Below are positions 24,050 through 36,497 of a DNA stretch of 64,000 bases, in pieces. Each line of letters opens with the position of its first letter. Within the stretch, counting starts at the first letter, position 1. The notes under the pieces are model-generated. The model did no database searches and had not been told where the DNA came from. It worked only from the letters and a program-made list of their open reading frames with translations. Both the position numbers and the translations under genes were made by a program. Source of the stretch: Monocercomonoides exilis PA203 (lineage: Eukaryota > Protista > Preaxostyla); contig LSRY02000078.1 of the NCBI GenBank assembly GCA_001643675.2, positions 1-64,000 of the forward strand, given 5' to 3'.

Positions 24050-27000
24050 GATTAATAAAGAATAAAAGAGAAAAAGGAGAAAGAAGGTTTAGAGGAAAAA
24101 GAAGAATACGATATGGATAATGTCAATACCAATGAAGAATTTGGTAAGGCTTCGCTATTAACTTCCTCAGCTTCTCCATCGTCTGCAGAAACTGCACCAC
24201 TCATCGCCCATCCTCTAGAGAAAGACCAAAGAAGGAAACTATTTTTGAGTTGTTCATTCACAGCTTCAGTTCCAACAGCACTCCTGGCAGCCGCACAAGT
24301 GTGGGAACAACGTCTACCGCCCTTCTTTCTTCTCTTTCACCAACAGAACAATCTACACATGTAGCTTCAGCACAAACCATTCCCACGTCACCTTCGATAC
24401 TGTGTTTAACTCCTACTCCAAATTGACCGACTCCATCTTGCTGCCTTCACAATCACATAATTCAAAGACTGCTCAAAAGGCTGTAAATTGTCAGCTTCGT
24501 CGCAAACATCCGGAAGCTGCTTCTTCCCTGAAGTTATTCAGTAAAAACGATGGAAACACAGATAATTCGGAAAATTTCTCTACCGACTTTATTCCCTCAA
24601 ACAACAAAAAAACACTTTCATCTTTTCTCTTACACCCCTTCTAACACCATTCAATTACCAGGAAAACTCCAATTCACCTCAAGTTTACTCTTTCCGCACA
24701 AATTTCTCAAACAGTTCCATCTCTGCAAAGTCCTTCTGGAACAGTTCTTCCCCATACATCCCCACCCACATCATCGCCTAGTTATTCTTCTGCACCGCTT
24801 GCTTCTCCCCCAGCCACATGTACGCAAAGTCCCCAAACTCCTGCCTCTGCACGCCCACCCCCATTCAAAGATCTGCTGAAATAATGTTTCCGCATCACCC
24901 ACGGATCCTCGACAGCTTCCGAATTAGCTACGACTGCAGCCCTGTCTCCAGCGGTATCGGCGACTGCTGCATCAGCACATGCAACCGCTGCGAGTGTGGA
25001 ACCCGAAGCACATGTGCTGATTAAAACGTTTCTTGTTCCAGCGACCCAGACACTGCACTCATCTATAACTCCTCGCCATCGACACCGCCTACAAAGGCAC
25101 CCCATTTGCCCCAGACAGCCCAACCCCGTTCCACCACGCGAAGTCACTGGACACTCCAACTCTTCCCGGTCTCGGCTGTCTGTCGTCTGCTCAAGAAGCA
25201 TGTACAGCCACTGCACAACAGTCGCCTTCCCTGCCCCTGCCCCTGCCTCTGCCCCAGCTGGGATCCAGTCCTCCAGCTCTCTCTTCGGATTGTTGTGCAG
25301 CGACAGCTGAATCCCATACAGCGCGCTTGCATCTTTTTCTTCTGCCTTTTCCACCTCCTCTGCCTCCTCGTATTCTCCCCCTCCGCTTCTGCTCCTCCTC
25401 CTCCTCCTCCCCGCCCCATCCCTCCCTCTCCCCCCTTTCTGCTCTGTCCTTTCTTCTCTGCTCTCTCCAAAGTCCACTTGCACCACATTCTCTTCTAGCT
25501 TCTTCACTGAACCAGGCATTCATAAAGCAATATCTTCATTCGAAGCTTAAATATTCATCTACTCCTGCTTCTTTTGAGCAACAGACATCTGCTGCTTTGC
25601 AATCACCTCATTGAACAGTCCCTTCTTCTCGCATATAGTCTTTATGTGCACATTCAACAGCGCAATCAGCATCTTCGTTTCCTTTTCCATCTTGTTCATC
25701 TTCGACCGCACTGTTGCATCCACTCCTCCTTCATAGCCAATACAAACACCACCACCACCATTTGTCCCAACGCCTTTCTTCTCTGATCTCTTACTAATCC
25801 CAGATCTCGTTCCCTTACTTCTACCACCTCATACACTATCGTTGTTTGCTTTACTCACAATACTCACTCCGCTCCTCGCTTTTGCAACAACCCCCTTCCT
25901 GCTCGGGTCTGGCCCAACTACCACAATGCTGCCATCCCCGATGCTCGCTGCAAACTTCTCCTGGCACTTTTCACACAGCCCCGACGGAAGGATCAACGAA
26001 GCCTTAGACAGAATTATTTGTCCACATGCATACATTAATAAAGAAAACGTAGAAAGGGAAACTTCAATTTCCTGCATCGACCCCTTGCTGTTCCAACTCA
26101 CCACAACGACCTGCTGTGCGCATCGATTCTTCACTTCTCAATCCTCATATAAATCAGTTCCACCTTCTCCTTCATCGTCACCAGATGCTCCTTCACCTCC
26201 TTCACCTCTGAGTTGTGCTTCTCGCTCAGCTCCAGAATCTTTCCGATTCATCCAGATGATATTGGCCTTCTCCTTCATCTGCTCTGTCAGCCAGCTCATC
26301 TGATTTGCCTTTTTTCCTTTTTAAACTTCTTCTTCTTCTTCTTTTCTTTCATCCAGCAAATGCAGCACTATCACTGCAGGCGACAGAACCACATCTTCCA
26401 TCCTTCATCCTTCATCCTCTTCACCACACCCTCCACGTCTTCTACACAATCTCTCACACTTGGCGCACTTCAACCATTCCCCTCCTCATTTTGCTCTCCA
26501 GCTTCGTCGCTCCCATTCTTCGATTGCTTCTATCGGTTCTACAGCCATTCAATGGCCAATGAAGCCAGCGATGGATCAGGCGGATTGCAGATTGGCAGGA
26601 ACGCAACCACATCAACCGCTGTTAATAACTGCTTCTTCGACGAATTCTTTCTCGGCAAGTCCTCAAGAAACGGGAGAAGAGCAAGAAGTGGAATGGAAAG
26701 CATCACGCATTGAGCGGACACAGCACGTTCTGTTCAGCAGAGCGCAGCAAGCCAACATTGAAACCTCGCGGCATGTGCAACATCCACAGCAACAGGAGCA
26801 GCGACAGCTTCATAACCATGCAGCTTTCGCAGCTCAGCTGCTTTCTTCACAACTATCCGTAGCCACCTCTCAATTTCGTTCGTCGCTGCTGCCGACATGT
26901 ATGACGCCTCCACTGACGATGCATCCGAAGGAACAACCGCAGGCGCTGATGACGAAGGCAAAGATGAAGATGATTTATCATCTCCTGCAGCTTTCTTCTC

Positions 27001-27200
27001 CTTGTTTCTCCTTCTCCAGAATGGAGAAACTGACTGGAGAGCTGCTCCAGTTTAATAAGATAAAGAATTTTAATGGCGATGAGAAAAGAGGCAACTGCAT
27101 CGTTGCACTTCCCACAAAAGGCTTTTTGATACAACTCATCACACAAAATTGCAGCGCCTTTTGTGTCACAAGCGCAAAGTCCATGTTCAAATTATAAATT
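24050..27200 (-). pseudogene. GC-richer decayed coding region of unknown family; mirrored at ~45770-48920 (+)
   Basis: Protein-like segments (KMNKMEKETKMLIALLNVHIKTICEKKGLFNEVI; VVQWLYMLLEQ) are broken by stops. Strand assignment is uncertain. Confidence 0.3.
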
Positions 27201-28062
27201 TCAATCATCGCCGAAATCTCATCTATTTTGATTTGATGGAAAAGAAGGAACAGAATTTCTTTTGGAAGGGAATTGAAATGAGAACAAAAAGATAAGCAAA
27301 AAAGAAAATGAAAAGTTGAAAACTATTTAAGATATGATTCATGATTTGATTCAAAACATGGGATACCATTTCAATTAAGAATTTCATATATAAGTACATT
27401 TAATTTTGAGAAATTTCATGTTATTCTACATTTATTTTTTATAACATTTTCAATTGATCAATATTAACAACTTTTTGAATTTCTTTTAATTTCAATGAGG
27501 ACGGCATCGATGAAATTTTCCTGTTTAAAAATTTTTTTTCAAAATACTCAAATTAAAGCAAATTAAAATCTATTTGTTTTATAAAATAGGAAAAGAATAA
27601 TTGTGGAGTCAAAATTCAAAAATTCAAATGTTTATATGAACAGTTGAAATGAAAACAAAGAAATATGAACAAATTATTAAGTTGCTACAAAATACAAGAA
27701 AAACAAAATTTAATAATATTGATATGATTTGACAGTGAAAATAATATGTGAAATCAGTTTTTTTGAAACGTAATATTCGGGGATATGGTGACAAAACTGA
27801 AAAGATTAATACTCAGCAATATATGATGGTAAAGAATGATCGACATTTAATGATCATTTTTGATCTTAATTTCAGATCAGTTAAATGTTTGCGACTTTTC
27901 ATAAAAGAATGACCCATATTTGATAAAAATCTTGTTATGCTTTTATATTTTTTCAATGTGAGTTTTCGAAAATTGTGTGCGTTCATTTTATTTTTAAAGT
28001 TTTCAACAGATCTTATTTTATTCTTTTTCAAGAACGTTGTTTTACAGTTTATACCTAAAGAT

Positions 28063-28305
28063 ATGAGTAATTTATTTCGAAAAGTCGCAAATGTTTAATT
28101 TTTATATTAAACAAAAATTTCATATTTTGATCAAATTTCTGTTCCTGCTCACGAATCTTCTTAAGAAAGTATGAAATAGCATTATCAAGAAATAGATTAC
28201 ATATTTATGAAGTTTGGTGTATGTCAACAATATTTTGAGAAAAATTAGAAAATTTTTATTTATTTGAAAATTTAACATTTGCGACTTTTCAAAAGAATTA
28301 CCCAT
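28063..28305. mobile_element. Fold-back/MITE-like element with ~60-bp imperfect terminal inverted repeats; mirrored at 44666-44909
   Basis: ATGAGTAATTTATTTCGAAAAGTCGCAAATGTTTAATTTT... versus the reverse complement of the right end, ATGGGTAATTCTTTTGAAAAGTCGCAAATGTTAAATTTT... Further motif copies at 27881-27917 (-) and 22148-22170 (+). Confidence 0.6.
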
Positions 28306-28831
28306 AAAAAAGAAATAATAAAAAAAAATAAAATAAAAAATCAACCTTATAGTTGTAATTTTTAAAAAAATTATTCTTCATCATTAAACCGTTCAATTTA
28401 CATTAATGTTAATTTTTTGTGACACGGAAAAATCTATCACGTCCGTTAAAAGTCAAAAAGTTCACATCAGAAGTCAGCACGCCACCCCAGGCTATTTAAA
28501 AGTGCACTCTGTAATTAGAAATTTCAGATCCCAAAAAAAAGAGTGCTTTATTAATTATTGTTTCGAAATGTTTTGAGCATTATTCATTAAAACAAAAGTG
28601 TTCAATGTTTTGTAACATTTCACACAATAAATTAATAATGCAAAAAATAATAATGCACAAAAAATTATTACTTTCCTTGTTTTGTTTCGGAACATGATGA
28701 TTTTTGTTTCAATAAAAAAATTTAATTTATTTTTTGGAAAATAATGATTTCAAAAAAAAGTTCTACATTAAAGAAAACTACAACGTTCGTATATGTGATA
28801 AAAGGAATGATTAAAATGAAATTATACAAAC

Positions 28832-28877
28832 AGACAGACTGACTGACTGACTGACAAAGAGAAAGAGAAAGAGAGAT

Positions 28878-28969
<92 letters not shown>

Positions 28970-28982
28970 AGAGAGAGAGAGA
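28832..28982. repeat. Compound microsatellite (GACA/GACT)n-(GATA)~22-(GA)n
   Basis: Direct reading. Confidence 0.97.
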
Positions 28983-29111
28983 AAACAGGAGTGATAATTG
29001 TTAAACAAAACAAGAAATGAATCTTATTTTTATTGTGTGATTTCTAAAGAAATTATTAACAATATTATATATATATAATGATAAGGACAAATCAATCGAA
29101 ATCCTCAATTT

Positions 29112-31452
29112 TTAATTTTCTAAATATTTTTCCAAATACCCTTTGCATTCAAACATTTGATTCCATATGAGGAATATCTCATCAATTGCATCTGAAACAA
29201 GCTTTGGATCATATTTTCCATCTCTTTCTAAAAGAAAAGATTTGCGTTTTTTGGTCTCTGAATCAATGTCCTCCATCGCAACAACGAACCTCGCAAGCAT
29301 CCTCTTATTCTCATCATTTTGACTCAAATGCAAGAAATTCTGTTGTTTTTCTTGCCATTTGGCTTCGCTCCTCGACAATGAAGACTCCATCCCTGCTTGT
29401 CTACTCGCTGATGCGCTGAGTGCAGATGGAGTCGCTGAAGACGATTGAAACATTGAAGAAGATGGAGAAAATTGTTCAAAATTTCCTTTTCTAACTTCTT
29501 CGACATATTCTTTTGGAATATGAAAACAAGAGAAGAGATACATTTGTTCGATGATTTTATTATTATTTTCCCATTGTTCATCGCATTCCCTGCAAAACTC
29601 TAAACATTTTTGCAACCTTGAACTCCCTGTTGATCCATTTCTCCTCCTCATTTTTCAAATATTCTATCCGCTCCTCCATATCCCTCTTCTTTTTTCATTT
29701 GTGTTTATCTCATCCTTTTTCCTGTCGTTACGTTTTTGGACCATATCTAATTCTCTTTTCAATGTATCAATACTTATTCCACATTCCTCTTTTCTGTTTT
29801 CGCACTCTTTCACTTTGATCTGATATTCTTGTATCTTCTGTCTATTTGAAGGAATATCACGCTTTGGGGCAAACAGATCAATTTTCCCTTCACAGACACT
29901 TGAATCGTTTAAAAATGCTGTTGGAATTCCTAATCCCACCACAGCTCCAACAACATTAAGAGCATGCCTTAATGCTTTTGGTGCTTTGAAAACTCCTCTC
30001 AAGACCCCATCTTTGATGCAAACTTCTTGTTCTTCCTTGTCGTTGTATGTGTATTTATTTCCAGCAGTGAAAAAGCAAGTGGCATTTGGAACATTGATTG
30101 GTCTCTCTATGACAACTTCATTTGATGCATAATTGTCAAATTCACAGAATTCAATTGTGTCAAATTTCACGGTTTCAGGTTGATCTAGTTCATTGATCCT
30201 TTTTTGATATTCGACAACATCATCATTGCATTGCCTGATAGTGTTTTCTTGATTTTTGATTTTTGTTTCGATTGATTCTTCTGATTCAAAAGTGATGTTT
30301 CTCAGCTTATCCTCCAATTCCTCAACATCGTCGCTCACTTCTGAATACAACTTTTCCGAATCTTTTGCAAAATCCTTGCACGCCTCTATTATCTCTTGAA
30401 GCATATTCGGCACTTGAACTCTCCCCTCTTGGCTAATACAAGCCAATATAGCTTGCTCGCCATCGATGATGCAGAGTCCATAAACCAGTAATAAGATGGT
30501 GTGCATCGGTCAAGATTGACATCATTGGGACTCTTATAGTTATTTAAATTTTTAATCTCGTCTTTAATTGGTTCCTCAGATCCGTCGAGTGTCGGATCAT
30601 AGTATATTAGTCTGCCATTAGCGTGAGCCTTCTTCCACACAAGAAGTGTCTGAAGTTGATTCAAGCTTCTCCTGATTTCCTCTCCTTGCACACCTGTTGC
30701 TCCTTTCGCTTTTTGCAGAAGAATTCCAATTATTTGTTCGAGAGATTGTGCTGCTTTAATTTCCGGAAACTTCTTTTCGATTTTATCCACTGTTGTTTTT
30801 CCAGTTCTGTAAATTTTCCAATCAAACTTCCTTGAACCTTCTCTATAATTTCTGATGTTTCCTTTTGCTGAATTTTCATTTTATGCAGCCAAAGTTCCTT
30901 GCATTTGTTGGCAACGAACACAACTGGAAACTCCTTGTTTTTGCATATCTGGTTAATGAACATCATATCATCATATGCATTTGTCAAATTGTAGTAGTTT
31001 TCATATTGAGAAATATACGCAATCATCACTTTTGATGCATTTCTCTGGAAAAACTGTAATAAAAGCATACTGACAACTTCTTCTTTGACATCCACCTCTG
31101 ATCCAAGAAAGCCTCGAGTATCTAACAAGATAACCTTTTCATTTAATCCATATGATTCTGGAATGATGGTCTCTGGCTCAATTCCTTTTCCCATTTTAGC
31201 CATATCCTCCACTTTTGTTTTCACTACCAAATCTCCATTGTCATCCTCTTCCATTTCCACTCCGCGTAATTTGTTTATCATGGTACTTTTTCCAACCTGG
31301 CTCCTTCCAAGAACGATCGCCATGTTTTTGCCTGATCCGCAATTGCAACATCTCTTGTAAAACTCTTTCAAAATATACAAGAAGTCTTCTTGCGAGAACT
31401 TCACCTTCCCTCCATTCGCTTTCTCATCTGCCATATGATCTATAAGAGACAT
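29112..31452 (-). CDS. P-loop GTPase (TRAFAC class) with long coiled-coil C-terminus, ~780 aa after correcting homopolymer frameshifts
   Basis: G1 GRSQVGKST, G2 candidate PET, G3 LLDTRG, G4-like VANKC. Split into ORFs 30730-31458, 30389-30790, 29664-30506 and 29112-29651 by 1-nt indels. Confidence 0.75.
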
Positions 31453-32339
31453 TTTCAATGACTAACTCAAATATTTATTCACTCCCATATTACTGTTTGA
31501 ATGGATTCTTTTATTTTGGGCGTTAAGAATTAATCCAGTCCCATTGCAAAATCCGTAATTCTTGCAGAAAAAGCAGCAGTCAGAGAATATGCACAATGCA
31601 ATGTTCATAACACCCGCATTGATTTCAATGAGAGAAGAAGTATCATTTTTGAAAGCTCGTTGAAACACAGAAATTGGAGCAAGATCGAGTATGGAACATG
31701 TTTCGGCACTCTTTGAGCTCCATCATCAGCTTGAGAAGACTGTTCCACAAATCAAGTCCATTTAATTATTGTCAATCAGACAGAAAAAACTGTTATTCAT
31801 TGCTCTTTTAACACAAAAAAAGGAGATATCCTTCCTTTATGCAGACATGTGAATATTTAGCGAATAACGTTTATGTGAATATTAAAAACGAGCAGCATCA
31901 ACGGAGATAATGGATACAAATGCACTTTTATAATGTATTGAAGAAATACAAAGGATGTGGAAATTTGTATTTAAAAATAAATAGCAAAAGAAAAATATAA
32001 TCCAAAGATGAAAAGAAAATGATGTTTTAACAGAATGAGCCTTGAATGGAAGAGCAATAATCATTTCTGGTTTGTCATCATTCTCTCTATTGATTTCAAA
32101 TTGCAATTTCAATCGTTGGTGCACTGGCAAAGAAGTCATTTTCTGTTTGTTGTGACATCTATCAGTTGATTTATCGTCTTCAGTTGGCGAATTGTAATGG
32201 GAAATGAACACATAAAGGAGGGGATATTCCGACAAGATAACTCCATTGTGCGCGAAGATAAGGTGATGCGAACCCAATGATTATGAGGCAAGAAATGCTG
32301 GAGGATCTTCATCTCTGAATGATTTTGAAGCGTCACGAT

Positions 32340-35300
32340 CAGGACATGTGGGAGCAGAAAAGAAAGAAGGCAATAATCAGTGACAGCTCAACTGCAATCC
32401 CATTTTGTGTCCAATGACAAATTCTGGCGCCAGAAAGATGATTTGCCAAAGTGTTCCAGCAGCATTCACAGCTGTGGCTATTCACTTTCTCCTTTTTCAT
32501 TGCTCAGCATCTGCAAGGCAAGGAGGATTGAATATGGAGCCAGATAAGCAAACATCTCTCTGCGACAGACTTGGTGTACATTCTATTTTCTTTTGCGAGT
32601 GACGATGGTTGGCCAACCATCCCTTCGATCGTTGTGTGCACCTGAATGAAAGGTACAAACATTTTGAATAAAGTGATTTGTTCCAGAAGGAGCACATCTC
32701 AGATTCCGATGAAATGGGAGCGAAGCTTTCATTGGAATAGAGTTCTTCAGGAAATACAAAAAGAAGGGGCAGATAGCGCATAAAGGAGAAGAGAGATCGG
32801 CATGAGCAGAGGATTACGGGAATGCCACGAAGGAGATTCGTTTGAAGAGCGAGTCAGGGTCATGCCTGGGCGTGGCAGTGGTAGTGGCGAGCATGAAACA
32901 GGTGGCGTCGATAACTACAATACTCGGCAGGAGGCGCGGAGGCGAAGAAGAAAACAGCTAGTGCTGGGAGAGAAGAAGATGAAAGTTGTGGAGAGAGGAA
33001 GGACGATGAGCATGATTGAGACGAACTCGCTTTCTTCGTCTTCAGTAACACTATTCGGCGTGTCGTGCTGGCCGATTGATGCGCTGCACCTGGAGAGCGA
33101 TCGAGGAGCAACAAGAAGCCCATCGCCGAGTGTACTTCCAGTGTCACTGGAAGAAGCAGCGATTAGATGAGATGCCGAGGGAGGCGCATGCGATGGAATC
33201 GTTAATACGCTTGATGCCTCTTTCACAGCCCGAAACAAGCAACAATGTGACAAAAAACGCAATGACAGAAATCAAAGAAAATATGATCATTTGAAAGCCA
33301 TTGATTTCTTAGCCTGATTTGTCCATCGCTTTATCGCCTTCTTCGTCAGCACCAGAGCTCGGAAAGAGTGTCCTCTAGAGCGCAGCAATTCGGAGCATGA
33401 AGAGGGAAGCATGAGAAATTTCGATGGCATTGATAGAGGTTGAAGCAGAAGAGAGGCATCTGTGGGCGCGGAACTTGACGGCAAAAGAGGATGATGAGCG
33501 AGAGAAGGAAGGGTGGAGAACACAAAAACAAGTCTGAACTGGCATGCAGATGTTGTTGCGAATGGATTATGCGTGCTGAAGAGATGAATTCAGAGGATTT
33601 TGGGGGATTTCTCGAGTCAGGTATTGTTTTCGCCATTGCCTTTTGCAAAAACAGAATTCGGGGCTGAATTGTTGTTCCCTGCAACAAAGGCAAAGCATCT
33701 TTCTTTAATTTTTCTGGTTTTCTATTTTTAATTGAAGGAAAGACAGTCCAAAAACAAAATTTGTTTGTTCATTCAAGGAATTTTCATTGAAATGGAGCAA
33801 ACAGTTATCAAAAGCATTCACACCAACCGCTGACTTGTATTCTCGTTGCTCATGCAAGCTTGCACAAGTGCTGCAATCATCTCCAAAAGCCAAGAGACGA
33901 ACGTTCATTGGCCAATCAAAACAATGTCTGCTTCCAAGTTCAGAGAAATTCAAATGGGGCGCCTTGCTATGTCTGTCAAATTGTTGATTAGAGTCTTCCA
34001 TTGTTCCAAAGTGTTTTGCAATTGTTTTCGATCATTTGATTTTTCGCTTCCATTTTCGGTGCTCATCTGCCCACACGAGAAATCAGCAATTGGGAGGCAA
34101 ACATGCATGTTATCTGAGCAGTTTATTTCAGGATCAAAATAAGCGCCCATATCAAAATTTTTAGCCAGATTTGATCTGATTAATTATTTGCAAAAATAGA
34201 AAGAAAGGAAAAAAAAGTTGATGTTGGCAGCAAACAACCGACATAACATTTAAAAATGCTCAAGCGTGAGGGGAAGCAGAATGGAAGCGGGCAGAGGGGC
34301 AGAGGGGCAGAGGGGCAAAGGAGCAGCAGCTGTGAATTGGGTTGAACATGCAAAAGGGAGGGATGTGACACCTGAATTGGCGCCAAAAACGGAAGGGCAA
34401 TGGCCCCTCGCACAGGATCCGTTGGATTGAAGCGCAGCTGTTCACAGCGTGTGCTTTATGATTTCATGCCGAAGGATGCAGATGGATTGATGGACAAGAG
34501 CTGCAAAGCAGAGAAGATTTGCTGGAGCAGAGCTGCCAGGATGATGGGAAACAAACAGTTCAAATATTTATGGCACGCATTTCTTGAAGACAAAAACTCC
34601 ATTCGATGAAGCCGTTGAGGCATTCGAATGAACTGATTTATTTTCATGTTCTGCAGGATCATATTTATTTTTAATTTTTAATTTTTATTTTTTTTTTATT
34701 TTTGTTCGAAAAACACAAGTATCTCATAATTTTCGCAGTTTCTGGCTCCGCTTGATGTTTTTATTTGGCCAGTTTATTTTATTGCAGTTTCCGATGCCTC
34801 ACGTTCTTGTTTCTGATATGATTTTTTATTGCAAATAAAACACATCAACCAAAATAATCTTTTATGCTTTTCTTTTTTATGTTACTTGCAAATAAACAAA
34901 CAGGAGCTGATTGATCCGAGGCTTAGAAATGAAGAAGCGCATGGAGCAATGGAAAGTATTTGAACCTCTTCATTGGATATCAAAAAGGAAACGAATGAAG
35001 ATAATTCAAGAATCATCTGCTTTTTTTGAGTGGAATGATCAGAATCGAAGCAATTTCCTTTTGCAGACTGTGCAGGATAAAGGCGTTGTGCAGGTGTTGG
35101 ATGTGGGCAGAATTTTTGAAAAATGGTTTTTGTTTTGTGCCGAAAGGGACAGAATTGAAAGGAAAGCATGCGCCTCACTTTCTTTGCAGAAAACTCGGAA
35201 AATTGAAGTGTTTTTGGAGGGAAGACTCCAGAAATTGATTATTGACAAATTCACCTCAAAAATTGTTGGATTTTGAAGAAGCAAATGGAAATGGTGGATT
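32340..35300. other. GC-richer region of probable decayed coding sequence, unassigned; mirrored at ~37640-40600
   Basis: Many short overlapping ORFs on both strands, none with a motif I recognise. Confidence 0.25.
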
Positions 35301-36447
35301 TGTGGAGATTCGGAGGAGGAGACATTTGGCTGCATCGCGAGGTGACTTTGAAGGCTGATTTCAAGTATGTCTTGATGGTTTGCTGCTATTTTGTTTTATT
35401 AATGTATTTCTGAGATATTCATCGATGTAAATGGATAATTTTAGGAGGAAGGAGAAATTGGGTTGTTTCAGAGAGATCAAAAACATTTACAATGAAAAAG
35501 ATGAAGATGAGGAAGGAGGAGGAGGTGGAGGAAGAAGGGGGGAAATGAAGATGATAATGTTGAATTGCTTTGTGGAATATCACTGCTTGAAGAAACTGGA
35601 TGTGCTTCTGCTTGTTTTTGTTCTTATTTTGTTGATGTTGATGCTTTCGCTATCTTATTTGTGCCCTTTTCAACATTTTCCACTGAATTTTCGACTTTTT
35701 GTTCTTTTGTTGTTCTTTTCTGTATTTTTATCTCTGTTTTCTTGTTGAGGTTTGATAGTGTTTATCTTTTTGCTCTTCCCTGTGTCTCCGATTGACAGCG
35801 CATTTTCGTGTTTGCTCGATTTCTTCAACCGCTGCCTCTTCTTCTTTTTCCTTTTCTTGTTCTTGTTCTTTTTCCTCATCATTTTCATCTTCTTCTAACT
35901 CCAGGAAGGCATCTTCGTTGTCTAAAACTATCAGCTCTTGCTCCTCTTCCTCTCCTCTTCCTCTATCTCATCATCATCATCCTCCTCTTCCTCTTTCTCA
36001 CTTTCTTCCTTTTTTGTTCTGTCTATCTTTTCCTCTTCTTCTTCTGCTTTTTCCTCCTTCTCCTCCTCCAACATCCTATTAGCCTCTCCTGACTGCTCTT
36101 CTTCTCTCTCGCCGACGCTCCTCGTCCGCATGATGCATCTGCTGCTGACGCTTTTTGAGGAAACTGAGATGAAGCATGCGATGGACGACTCGTATTTGCT
36201 GCTGCAGAAGGCGGCAGAGATCGAAGAAGTGAGGAACAATAACAGCAGCAGCAGCAGTGGAGGAAGAGGAGGAGGAACAGGCAGAGGAGCCAGTATAAAG
36301 AGGAAGAATGCGAAGAAAGAGAAGAGAAGAGAAGAGAAGAGGCAAAACAAGGAGAAGAAGAAGAAGATGATGATGGAGAAGAAGAAGCATAAACAAAGAA
36401 GAAGAAGAAGAAGAAGAAGAAAGCTGATATGAATAAATTTTATTATT

Positions 36448-36497
36448 GTTATTTTTATTATTGGAAGAAGACAAAGAAGAAGAAGAATACGAAGAAA
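36448..36497. other. Non-palindromic 50-nt spacer at the symmetry axis
   Basis: gttatttttattattggaagaagacaaagaagaagaagaatacgaagaaa lies between ...aaattttattatt and aataataaaattt... Confidence 0.9.

Larger units (their letters stand above)
8956..36447 (+). repeat. Left arm of giant inverted duplication (palindrome), at least 27.5 kb
   Basis: ORFs throughout 8956-36447 have reverse-complement twins, with coordinate sums of ~72940-72975. The window end (cacagtcgg) is the reverse complement of ccgactgtg at 8956. Confidence 0.99.
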
